Source: Pelagomonas calceolata
Taxonomy: Eukaryota
NCBI GenBank assembly: GCA_918797485.1
Contig: CAKKNE010000001.1
Location: 4,464,001-4,528,000, forward strand
Direction of reading: 5' to 3'
Length of the DNA stretch: 64,000 bases
The notes beneath the pieces are model-generated. The model worked only from the letters and a program-made list of their open reading frames with translations, did no database searches and was not told where the DNA came from. The translations under genes were made by a program, and so were the position numbers. This document shows positions 31,067 through 40,598 of this stretch, piece by piece (position 1 is the stretch's first letter; every line of letters begins with the position of its first letter).

Positions 31067-31502
31067 AAGAGAAGCAGTTGTGTCTTGATAAGCTTCCCTG
31101 TTTGTATCATTACTGTCATCTTTCAGAATACAACAGCCAATCAGCTTCTGCCCCATGCGATGATGCATGAGGCCTCACCGATGCTCTATTGTTCGACGGC
31201 GTCCGCGCGCCGCCACACACGCTTGAGCGAGCAGCAAGCTTGCGGCAGGGAATCTCCATATACGCAGTTCCCCAACTCGACAACAAAATTCGAAAAAAAC
31301 CGCGCCGCGGCGTCCAAACTAGCTGCCAAAAACACATCTAGACACGTCAGAGAGCTGCGCTGTCGCGGCGTACTTAAAACGTACGCGAAGCGCCGGATGA
31401 CAAGCCACAATTCCGCGCAAATTGAAGAGGTCCGGGGCGCGGACCGCGCTCCAAAATAGTCCTGGCTCTATTGTGACGAGCGTCGTCTCCGGGCTCAAAG
31501 AG

Positions 31503-32120
31503 ATGCGCAACTCGCTGCGTATCGCGCTCCGCAGCAGTCCGCGCAAGAAGCGCCAGGGTCGGCGACGCGGCGGGTCGTGGCGGGCCAATTCGACCGGGCG
31601 AGCCAACCGCTCGCCGCGCTCGCGCTCGCCGCCACGGCGGCGTCAAGATGACGACGTGGATGCTGACGGCCGACGACGCGATGATGCCTTTGACGGCCTC
31701 GAAGCCCTTGGCGAAGCGGCCGTCATCAGCCAGCTCACGGACTCGCTCTCGAGCGAGCAGTTCGTCCTCGACCCGCCCGACGCGAGCAGCGTCGAGCCCG
31801 AGCCCGTCCTCGCCGTCACGCCGCCGACGCTCGAGCCCGCGCCCATCAAGGTGGCGTACTCGCCGGACGGCTACGGCGAACCGGGCGCGACGACGATCAT
31901 CCAGCGCAGCTACGACGACGTCGTGCATACGCCGCGGCGGCTCTCGATCGACGGCGACGACCCGCTCGAGGGCGACGACGGCGTCTGGGGCCAGTACCTC
32001 GAACTGGACGAGACGGAGTCTGCACAGCGGGTGCCTGCGTTGATCGTCGTGCCCTACCTGTCTCCCCCGATCGACATTGCGCCGACCTCGCCGACCACGC
32101 GCCGGTCGTCGAACTTCTGA
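31503..32120 (+). CDS. Hypothetical protein, tandem paralog B
   Basis: See paralog A; the start Met aligns. Confidence 0.65.
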   Translation: MRNSLRIALRSSPRKKRQGRRRGGSWRANSTGRANRSPRSRSPPRRRQDDDVDADGRRRDDAFDGLEALGEAAVISQLTDSLSSEQFVLDPPDASSVEPEPVLAVTPPTLEPAPIKVAYSPDGYGEPGATTIIQRSYDDVVHTPRRLSIDGDDPLEGDDGVWGQYLELDETESAQRVPALIVVPYLSPPIDIAPTSPTTRRSSNF

Positions 32121-32260
32121 GACTGTCAATTCACCTCGCGCGCGCGAGACGCGCTTGTCCTCCACTGAGGTCCTGTTACACCACCACACAAATTGCCTGC
32201 CCTGTTGATACGTATAATGGACATTGTTTTGTATAATTCTACTTCCGGTCGTGGCTCTCA

Positions 32261-32440
<180 letters not shown>

Positions 32441-32525
32441 TCACAGCAATAGGGGTTGAGTCATCACATCATAAGCCAAGGGCCGGGGGCGGCGAAGGTG
32501 CCGACTCGGAGAGATACTACATAAC

Positions 32526-34316
32526 TTATCCAGAGTCGAACTCCCGCACGCCGGGACTCCGCGCAAACGCCCGCAACGCCTTCCGGACGCGCTCGTCGAA
32601 CTCCGGCGACCCCTCGTCGACGCCGTCGAAGAAGCCGCGCTTCCGGAGCTTCCCGAGCCAGCGCTCCCAGAGGCCCGGGTGCCGCACGAGCAATTGGACG
32701 TCCTGGCTTGACCCCCTCAAAACGCGCGCCATCATCTTGTTCTCGACGACCTGGGCCTGCGACAGCGCGTCGCGCGTCGCCTTCCGTCGCTCCGACGCCT
32801 CGGCCAAAGCCTTCTCGCGCGCCTCGACGCGCGCGACGCCGGCCTCGCCGAGCTTCGCCATGTCACTCAGAAGCCCCGGGTCCTTTTTATCGGGATCCGC
32901 GAAGGGGTCGTCCCGCAAAGTGCGGCACACGAGCTCCCTCACTTCATCAATGCCCGGGGCCTTGCCGCCGCTCTGCATCTTCGCGAAGGCCTCGAGGGCA
33001 GCTTTATCGACGGGCGGCGGCTTCTTTTTTTCATTAGGTGACTCCTCGATCGTCTCCAGACCGCCCGAAGTCTTCTTCTTCGGTACGGACGCGGCCGCAG
33101 CATTACTACCGGCCGTACGGTCCCGCGTCGCGCGCTCGGCGGCGATGCGCGTCGCGACGGCGGCGACCTCGGCCGGCGACTTGTCGGGGTGGCGCCGCGC
33201 GAGCTCTTTTATTAAATCGGCGTCGACGCCCGGCTCCGCGCCTGGGGGCCGCGCGACGGCGTCGAGCCGCGCGGCCGCCTCCGCGGCGAGTTCTTCCAAG
33301 GGCCGGTCCGGGAACTCCTCCAGCAAGTCCAGCAAGATCTTCTGCTGGCGCTTCGCGGGCGGCAGGGCCCGCAGCGCCTCCAGCGCCGCCTCGGTCTTCC
33401 GGTCCGCCGCCCGCGGCGACTGCAATTTGCTCAACGCCGCGCGGCCGACGGCCTCGGGATCCCCTAAACCCGGTCGCTCGCGCTTGACGTCCGCCACGGC
33501 CCTCCGATAGTTCTCCGCGGGCGTCATGGTCCGCTGCGCGGGCGGCCGCTTGGCGCTCCGCGCTTGGGGCACGTGGTCCAAGGCGAGCACGTCGAGCTCG
33601 GCCTCGGTCGCGTCCGGGTTCGCCCGCCGCGCGCGCGCGCGCGCTCGTTTCTGCGCCTGCTCCGGCGTCTCGGCCGGCGCCTTTTTCGTGGGTTGCGGCT
33701 GGGCGTCGTCCCAGGGCGCGCCCGGCGTCGCGGCTCCGGGGAACGGCATGCCGGGGAGACCCATCCCCATGAACGGCATTCCTGGCATTCCCATCGGCGC
33801 GCCCATTCCTGGAGTCCCCGGCGTCCCGGGCATCATCGCGGGCATTCCAGGCATTGCGGGTGTCGCCGGGGCCTTGCCCTCGAGGCGCTCCGTCGCCATC
33901 ATCGCCAGTTCCTCGAGGGGCTTGTCGGGGTACTGCTGGAGCAGCTCCTCGAGGACGCGCTGCTGGCGCTGCGGGTCGACGGGCACCATCGACGGCGGCG
34001 GCGCCACGCCGCCGGTCCGCATCATCTCCGCGAAGCGCGCGCTCAGCTCCTCCGGCGTTTCATTTGGGAATTCCTCCATGAGCTTCATCAGCACCTCCTG
34101 GTGCTGCTGGCTCAGGCCGCCGTCGTCGGATGCGGCGGCGGCGGCGCGCGCGCGCGCTGCCTGGGCGGCGCGCTCGGCGGCGGCCTTCCGGCGGCGCTCC
34201 TGGAACGCCCTGCGCTTCTCGTCGAGCGTCTTCGAGCGCAGCCCGCCGCCGATGGGCAGCTTGGGGATGCTGATGCGCGGTGAGAGGCGCGGGGAGGGAC
34301 GTGGTGAGGGCTGCAT
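32526..34316 (-). CDS. Hypothetical helical protein with repeated L.EEFPD.P.EEL motifs and an Met/Pro/Gly-rich tract
   Basis: 596-aa ORF with aaaATG start; internal repeats. Confidence 0.7.
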   Translation of the reverse strand: MQPSPRPSPRLSPRISIPKLPIGGGLRSKTLDEKRRAFQERRRKAAAERAAQAARARAAAAASDDGGLSQQHQEVLMKLMEEFPNETPEELSARFAEMMRTGGVAPPPSMVPVDPQRQQRVLEELLQQYPDKPLEELAMMATERLEGKAPATPAMPGMPAMMPGTPGTPGMGAPMGMPGMPFMGMGLPGMPFPGAATPGAPWDDAQPQPTKKAPAETPEQAQKRARARARRANPDATEAELDVLALDHVPQARSAKRPPAQRTMTPAENYRRAVADVKRERPGLGDPEAVGRAALSKLQSPRAADRKTEAALEALRALPPAKRQQKILLDLLEEFPDRPLEELAAEAAARLDAVARPPGAEPGVDADLIKELARRHPDKSPAEVAAVATRIAAERATRDRTAGSNAAAASVPKKKTSGGLETIEESPNEKKKPPPVDKAALEAFAKMQSGGKAPGIDEVRELVCRTLRDDPFADPDKKDPGLLSDMAKLGEAGVARVEAREKALAEASERRKATRDALSQAQVVENKMMARVLRGSSQDVQLLVRHPGLWERWLGKLRKRGFFDGVDEGSPEFDERVRKALRAFARSPGVREFDSG

Positions 34317-34605
34317 TTTGTTTTGACGATGTTATGGGCTGCCCACCAGTTTTTTTGACGATGTCGAGCTAGGAGTATCCCCACCAGTTTGTTTTTGGGT
34401 GCTAATGCACAGCAGCGGTGAAGGCTGCCCGCTGCCGGTTGTTGCCCAGCTGATGGTACTTGCGAGCTACTTTTTGGTTTCGTCCTGGGCCGTCCGGCTC
34501 AGTCCGTCTGGGGTCCGCCAGGTTCGAACCAGGGTCCGGCCGCCGTCTGCCAAAGTCCGTCTCGGGGTCCGCCGCCGTCCGCCGCCGTCCGGCTCGGATC
34601 CGTCG

Positions 34606-34752
34606 GAGTCCTGCTCAAGTCCTTCGGAGTCCTGCTCAAGTCCTCCGGAGTCCTGCTCAAGTCCGCCAGAGTCCTGCTCTAGTCCTTCACAGTCGTGCTC
34701 GCGTCCTCCGGAGTCCTGTTCAAGTCCTCCAGAGTCCTGCTCAAGTCCGCAT
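34606..34752. repeat. 21-bp minisatellite, 7 copies
   Basis: Unit gagtcctgctcaagtcctycg starting at 34606, 34627, 34648, 34669, 34690, 34711, 34732. Confidence 0.9.
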
Positions 34753-34769
34753 CGAGTCCTGAGCGCCTG

Positions 34770-35759
34770 CTACTTACCCCCCTCCTCCAGCAGCACGAGC
34801 GGCCCGCCGACGAGCGCTCGGAGGGCCGCGAACGCCGGGCGCTCGGACCCACGAAAAACCACGACGCCCGCCGCGGCGACGTTCGCCGCGAGCACCGCCG
34901 CGCCGACCGGCGCCAGGTCCCCGAGGTCGCCCGACAATCCGACCTGCTGCAGGAGCTGCGCCGTGGCCGGCGCGCCCGGCGCCCCTACTAACAACAACGC
35001 CAAGACCGCGTAGGCGCGCGGCGCGAAGCCAAGCGACAGCGGCGCCGCCGCCGCGGGCCACTCGCGCTTCTCGACCTTCGGCGCTTCGGTGACCTTCTTG
35101 GGGCGCCGCGTCGTCCGCACGACCAGCTCTTCGCGTGGCGGTTTGGGCGCCGCGGCCCGCGCCGCCCGCGCCGCCTTCGCGGCTGCCTTCGCCTCCTTGT
35201 CGAGTTTTATTTGAGTCGCGTTCAGCTTGCCGATCTCCGCCATCTTCTCCTCGATGGAGCCTCCCAATGAAACGCCGCGCTGCGGGCCCTCGCGCACGAC
35301 GTCGTCGGACGGCACGGGCGGCGCGCGCGGCGCGCTGACGGCGACGCCCAGCGCTTTCGACACGGCCGCGTAGCCGCCCGCGTCCATGATCGGCTGCACG
35401 AGCTTGCCGAAGCCGTACTTCTCGAGCTCGGTGTAGGACAGCGCGTCGACTTCCTTCACTCTTCCATATTCATCCAGGTTGCCGTCCTTGGGCAGGAACG
35501 TGTCGAGACTCAACAGGTAGTTCGCGCCCTGCCAGACCGGGTTGTTCTCCGTGCCTTCCCTGATTTCCTGGCCGCGGTCGACCGTCGTGTTCGTGCGCAG
35601 CGCCTGGTCGCGCACGGCGAGGTAGCTTTTGATGTCGGCCTCGAGCGCCGGAGGGATGGCGCGCATGAGTTGTCTCCCACAGCGCAGCGATGGTCTTGTC
35701 GTAAAGGCATCGTAGCAGGCTGCGGTGAGCACCAAGACGCAGTTATATCGCGTCGGCAT
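34770..35759 (-). CDS. Hypothetical membrane protein, probable plastid presequence
   Basis: N-terminus ending YDA-F; EL..YG...LV..I..AGGY..V...LG motif; C-terminal TM helices. Confidence 0.65.
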   Translation of the reverse strand: MPTRYNCVLVLTAACYDAFTTRPSLRCGRQLMRAIPPALEADIKSYLAVRDQALRTNTTVDRGQEIREGTENNPVWQGANYLLSLDTFLPKDGNLDEYGRVKEVDALSYTELEKYGFGKLVQPIMDAGGYAAVSKALGVAVSAPRAPPVPSDDVVREGPQRGVSLGGSIEEKMAEIGKLNATQIKLDKEAKAAAKAARAARAAAPKPPREELVVRTTRRPKKVTEAPKVEKREWPAAAAPLSLGFAPRAYAVLALLLVGAPGAPATAQLLQQVGLSGDLGDLAPVGAAVLAANVAAAGVVVFRGSERPAFAALRALVGGPLVLLEEGGK

Positions 35760-36264
35760 CGTGCAATGCAGCAGCACTTTTGCAGGAGAGCAGGCTGCAA
35801 CAACCAGATGGGGCGAGGCAAGGACGCTGTGCTCTTGCAATTCGATAATGCGTAATCAGGAGATGAGTTCGCCGAGAGTGCGCTTCCAGCGGTACGACTC
35901 GCGCGAGCAATGCAAGCACTCAATAGAGGCTTTGCACTGCCTCAAAAGGCTTGCCAAAGTCTGGACTCCCGCCGAACGAATCCTACAACGCGCCTCGGAG
36001 GCGTATGAAGGAGGGGTTCGTAGCGTCCTTTGCATGTTTGGTTTCGTGCGGGTCCTGGCCGCCCCCCCGCAAAATTCACATTTTTGGGCAAGCAAAGCCC
36101 AGCGTAATCGAGGTGCGCAGGCCACAGGACTCGTCCGGTAGTACGTCTGGATCACGCGGGACCGGCCACCGCGCGCGCGCGGCCTCACACGCCGTACTGG
36201 CTGCAAAGTGGTCCAGTGACCTCCAGCCATAGAATCCGCCGCGAGCGCGTAGACGGGAGCAGCC

Positions 36265-39200
36265 ATGCTCTCCAAGACGAAGAGCGCCGCACCAACACTG
36301 CGCGGCAACGAAAAGGCCGCCGCGAAGGCGTTGGAGCGCTCCGTCGACCTCGCGACGCACCCGCCGCCGAGCGACGAGCTCATCCAGGCCTGCGCCGACG
36401 CCTTCAGCAGAAGCCCGCCGTCCGTCGCCGAGGCGGGCGTCCGCCACCTGCGCAAGAAACTGCAGGCCGCCGACCGGAATTATGATGTGGCGCTGTTGTC
36501 GTGCGGCGTCGCCGGCCGCGTCGTCGCGGCGTCGCCGGCGGCGCAGAAGGCCGTGGGCGCGGGCGACGGCGGCAAGAAGTTCATGGCCGTCATGCTCAAG
36601 CAGGCCTGCGATAGACGCCCGTCGCAGCTCCAGAAGGGCGCGCGGCAGCTCATCGAGACGTGGCAGCAGACGTACGCGTCGAATCCCGGCTTACCGTACT
36701 TCGCCACGGTAGCCGTCGAACTCGCGGCCTTCAAGCACCAGAACGGCGAGGCGCCTTCAGCTGCACCGACGGACGCGCTGCAGTTCGCCGGCGGGCCCCA
36801 GCTCCAACGGAGAGGGGCGGCCAGCGGCATGGACGACTCGGCCTCGCTGAGCGCCGCCTCGCTGCAGCGCCACCGCGAGGCCGCGGAGGCGGCGCAGATC
36901 CGGCAGGCCATCGCGGACCAGCACACGACGCTGGACGAGGCGCCGACGTCGACGTCGCAGGAGGAGGCGATGCTCGCGCGCGCGATGGAGGAGTCGCGCC
37001 AGTCGGCTTCCGCGTCAGCTCCCGACGCCTTCGCGCCAGTACCACAGACGGACCCGTTTGCTGCGCCGCCGTCGCCCACCCTGCCGCCGCGGCCGCCGGC
37101 CGCCGACCCCTTCGCGGCGCCGCCCGCGCCGCCGGCCCGACCGGCGGCCGCAGACCCGTTCGCAGCGCCGGCAGCGCCGCAGCCCGCCGCTGCGCCGGCC
37201 GCCGATCCCTTCGCTGCGCCTCAGGCGCCGCAGCCGGCCGCGCCGCCGGCCGCCGATCCGTTCGCGGCTCCACCTGCACCGCCGCCGCGGCCAAGCGCGG
37301 CCGACCCGTTCGCTGCTCCACCCGCAACGCCGGCAAGCGCGGCGGCTTCGGCGGATCCCTTCGCGGCGCCCACACCGCCGGCCGTCGGCGGCACCTGGGG
37401 CGCCGCGCAGCCCGCGGCGGACGCGTTCGGCGATGCCAGCTCGTTTAGCCCCAACACAGCAGCGTCGGCCTTTGCCCCAGCGCCGCCGCAGCCCGCGGCC
37501 GCGGCCGCGCAACCTGCCGACCCGTTCGCCGGCATGGCCGCGGCGACGCCGGCCGCGTCGTCCGCTGGGACGTCGCCCATGCCACCTGCTGCGCCGCCGC
37601 CGACGCCCGACGACTCGGCGACGCCGCCCCCCGCGATGATGATGCCGCCACCGTCGGCGATGATGCCGCCCGACACCGCCTTCGCGGCGCCGGGCCCGCC
37701 GCAACACGCCGGCTCGGCGGCGATGATGGCGCCGCCGCCAGGCGCGATGATGCCACCCGACGGCTCGGCTGCGATGATGATGCCGCCGCCGCCGGGCGCG
37801 CCACAGGCGGCCGATCCGGCTGATCCGTTCGCCGGGATGGCGGGCATGGCGCCGCCGCTGCAGCAGGGCATGATGGCGCCGCAGTCGCAAGGATTTCCGC
37901 CGCCGCAGCAGCAAGGGTTCCCGCCGCAACAACAGCAGGGCTTCCCGCAACAGCAGCAAGGCTTCCCGCCACCGCAACATCCGGGCCTACCGCAACAGCT
38001 GACGCCGCCGCAACAGCCAGGCTTGCCGCAGCAACTAACGCCGCCGCCGCAGCAAGGCATGCCTCCGCCGCCGCCGCCGCGCGAGCCGGAGCCCGAGCCG
38101 GCGCCGGTGGTGAAGGACCCCTTCGCCTCGCTCGCGTCGGGCCCGCCGGCCGCGGCGCTCGCCGCGGCGCCGCCACTCGCCCCGATGGTGCCGCCGCCGC
38201 CGCCACGCGAGCCCGAGGTGACGCCGCGGCAAGTACATGAGGTGCTGGCGGCGCCCCTGGTTCCCACACCGCCGGTACCCCTTGTGAGGTCGTCGAGCCG
38301 CGTCGTGTCGGCGGCCGAAGAAGAGCAGCCCGTCGAGGCCTTCTCTCCGAAGCGGGATCGTTCGGACTCGGGCCCGCTCGGCTACATCTCCGAGGCCGCG
38401 TCGGGCGTGATGGCCGCCGTCGCCGGCGCATCAGCGCCGCCGCCCGTGCAGCAGCGCACTCCGCCGCCGCCGCCGCCCTCGAGTGCGTCGTTCGACTCGA
38501 CGCCGCCGCCGCCGATCACGTCTCCGGACGTTCCGGACGCGGCCGCGGCGCTGCCGACGCCGCCGCCTCCGGCGATGATGGCGCCCAGCGACCCGTTCGC
38601 GGGCATGGGTGACATGGACGCGGCGCCAAGGTCCGTGTCCTTGCCTCCGGCCATGGCCGCTCCTCCCGCGTCCGCGCCGGCGGCCTCGGCGCCGCGCACG
38701 GCGTCCCTGCCGCCGAGCGGCTCGGTGACGTCGTTCACGACGCAAGAGACGAGCTCCGTCGCCGTCGAGCCGCCGACCGCGCAGCCGACGCCGACGGACC
38801 CCTTCGCGGGAATGACCGGGTCGCAGGCGACGTCGCCCCGCGCCGCGCTCGAGGCGGCCGCACTCGGGAGCTTGGCGCCGCCGGTCGCGGCCGCGCCGCC
38901 GGTCGCGGCCGCGCCGCCGACTGCGGCACCGCCCGCCGTCGAAGCGCCAGCCGAGCCGGAGCCCGCTGCACCGGCTGTCGTCATGGCGCCGGCCGCACCG
39001 GAGCCCGCGGCGCCGGCCGCACCGGCCGCGCCCATGCAAACGCCCAGGGCTAGCGCTGACGACCCGTTCGCTGGCATGATGGGAAGCCCGCAGCCCGGAG
39101 CCGCGGCGGCGCCGGAGTCCTTTGCGCCCGATCCAGTCGCCGCACTCGCGCCGCAAGCGCCGCAAGCCGTTGCGACACAACCCGTCGCGGCACAGCCTGT

Positions 39201-40506
39201 CGCGCCGCCACCTGCCGCGCCGCCCGCCCCGCCACCGCCCTCGCCTCCCGCGGACCCGGAGGCGGCCCGGTTCGAGAACGCGCAGTACCACTGGCAGGAC
39301 GCCGCGGGCCAGCAGAAAGGACCTTCGGGCTGGGCCGAGTACAAGGCCGCGCACGCCAAGGGCGACACGCACGCGGGCTGCCTCGTCTTCGCGGCCGGTG
39401 TTGCCGCGAGCTGGGCCGTCGTCCGCGACGTGCCAGGCCTCGCCCAGCGCGTCGCTCCGCCGCCGCCGCCGGCAATGCCGGCCGCGCCACCGATGCCGAC
39501 GAACGTTCCGCCGATGCCTCCCGCGGCGCCGGCTGCTCCGCCAGCAGCGCCACCAGCTCCGGCCGCGCCGGCCTCGACGACGCCTGCCAAGGCGCCCACG
39601 CCGCGCGAGGTGCCGCCGACGCACCTGACGCCCGACGCCTCCGCCGAGCGCCGCGCGTCGGGCGTGTTTGACAAGGATCCTTTCGCTGGCATGGGCGCGA
39701 TGGCGGGCGCGTTTTCGCCAAAGCCGCCGTCGGTGCCGCCTTCGCCAATGACGCCGGCGGCCGCGCCCGCTACGTTCGCTGCCGATCCGGTCGCAGCTCT
39801 GCCGGCTGCGCCGCCCGTCGCGGCGCCGCCCGCTCCGGTCGCGGCGCCGCCTCCTCAAGCCGCGCCTCCCGCGGCTATGACGCCGCCGCCGGCGCAAATG
39901 CCGCCGCCATCACAGCCTCCAGCGGCCATGGCACCGCCGCCGACGATGATGATGAAGCCGCCCGCCGGCCCGCCGCCCGAGCTGCCCGCGCCACCGCCGC
40001 CCATGGCCGCTTCTGATGCCGACGCCGCGGCGGCCTCGTTCCTCGCGACAGCAGCTGCGCCTTCCAAACCGGCGCCGGCCGCGACGGCGCCGATGATGGC
40101 ACCGCCGGCCGCGATGGCGCCACCGCCAGCCGCGATGATGGCACCACCGCCGAGCAAAATCCAACACATCGTCAACTCGAGCGACGACGAGGACACTGTG
40201 ACTCCGGCCTACACGGCACCCAGGACGCCTGCATCACCGTCCTACGGCTTCTCATCGGGCATGGGCGGCGCTACGGCAGCGGCTCTGGCCTTCGAGAAGC
40301 CTCCGGAGAAGGAGGTGCCGCCGCGGACGGGCTCGATCCCGCCTAAACCCGACCCGTTCGCCGCGGCGGCGCCGCCCGCGCCGAGCGGCTTCTCGAACTG
40401 GGGCTCGCCCGCACCTGGCGGCGCCGACCCCTTCGCGGCGGCGGGCGCTTCCGCGTTCAACGAGTCCAGTGCCTTTGGCGACGACGCGTCGACGGCGTTC
40501 CGCTGA
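36265..40506 (+). CDS. Endocytic adaptor-like protein: VHS/ENTH-like N-terminus, UIM-like motif, many DPF motifs, GYF_2-like domain, Pro-rich
   Basis: Helical N-terminal domain (VRHLRKKL...LIETW), EEAMLARAMEES, more than a dozen DPF motifs, YHWQDAAGQQKGP...W. Confidence 0.75.
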   Translation: MLSKTKSAAPTLRGNEKAAAKALERSVDLATHPPPSDELIQACADAFSRSPPSVAEAGVRHLRKKLQAADRNYDVALLSCGVAGRVVAASPAAQKAVGAGDGGKKFMAVMLKQACDRRPSQLQKGARQLIETWQQTYASNPGLPYFATVAVELAAFKHQNGEAPSAAPTDALQFAGGPQLQRRGAASGMDDSASLSAASLQRHREAAEAAQIRQAIADQHTTLDEAPTSTSQEEAMLARAMEESRQSASASAPDAFAPVPQTDPFAAPPSPTLPPRPPAADPFAAPPAPPARPAAADPFAAPAAPQPAAAPAADPFAAPQAPQPAAPPAADPFAAPPAPPPRPSAADPFAAPPATPASAAASADPFAAPTPPAVGGTWGAAQPAADAFGDASSFSPNTAASAFAPAPPQPAAAAAQPADPFAGMAAATPAASSAGTSPMPPAAPPPTPDDSATPPPAMMMPPPSAMMPPDTAFAAPGPPQHAGSAAMMAPPPGAMMPPDGSAAMMMPPPPGAPQAADPADPFAGMAGMAPPLQQGMMAPQSQGFPPPQQQGFPPQQQQGFPQQQQGFPPPQHPGLPQQLTPPQQPGLPQQLTPPPQQGMPPPPPPREPEPEPAPVVKDPFASLASGPPAAALAAAPPLAPMVPPPPPREPEVTPRQVHEVLAAPLVPTPPVPLVRSSSRVVSAAEEEQPVEAFSPKRDRSDSGPLGYISEAASGVMAAVAGASAPPPVQQRTPPPPPPSSASFDSTPPPPITSPDVPDAAAALPTPPPPAMMAPSDPFAGMGDMDAAPRSVSLPPAMAAPPASAPAASAPRTASLPPSGSVTSFTTQETSSVAVEPPTAQPTPTDPFAGMTGSQATSPRAALEAAALGSLAPPVAAAPPVAAAPPTAAPPAVEAPAEPEPAAPAVVMAPAAPEPAAPAAPAAPMQTPRASADDPFAGMMGSPQPGAAAAPESFAPDPVAALAPQAPQAVATQPVAAQPVAPPPAAPPAPPPPSPPADPEAARFENAQYHWQDAAGQQKGPSGWAEYKAAHAKGDTHAGCLVFAAGVAASWAVVRDVPGLAQRVAPPPPPAMPAAPPMPTNVPPMPPAAPAAPPAAPPAPAAPASTTPAKAPTPREVPPTHLTPDASAERRASGVFDKDPFAGMGAMAGAFSPKPPSVPPSPMTPAAAPATFAADPVAALPAAPPVAAPPAPVAAPPPQAAPPAAMTPPPAQMPPPSQPPAAMAPPPTMMMKPPAGPPPELPAPPPPMAASDADAAAASFLATAAAPSKPAPAATAPMMAPPAAMAPPPAAMMAPPPSKIQHIVNSSDDEDTVTPAYTAPRTPASPSYGFSSGMGGATAAALAFEKPPEKEVPPRTGSIPPKPDPFAAAAPPAPSGFSNWGSPAPGGADPFAAAGASAFNESSAFGDDASTAFR

Positions 40507-40598
40507 AGACGCGGCCCTGTGCAACTGTTCCCTCCCCTTCTCCCGCGACCGAGGCCTAATGTACCCCGGCTATCTACAACATCTTAAATTATGATCGG

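Noticed and set aside
34606..34752. CRISPR array (repeats plus a Cas4-like gene in the window)
   Set aside because: Repeats are head-to-tail with no unique spacers, the context is eukaryotic, and there are no other cas genes.
36480..40524. Many long antisense and alternative-frame ORFs (also 3243-4283, 33526-34326, 44759-45979)
   Set aside because: Shadow ORFs caused by high GC and stop-poor frames; Arg/Ala/Gly-rich with no motifs.
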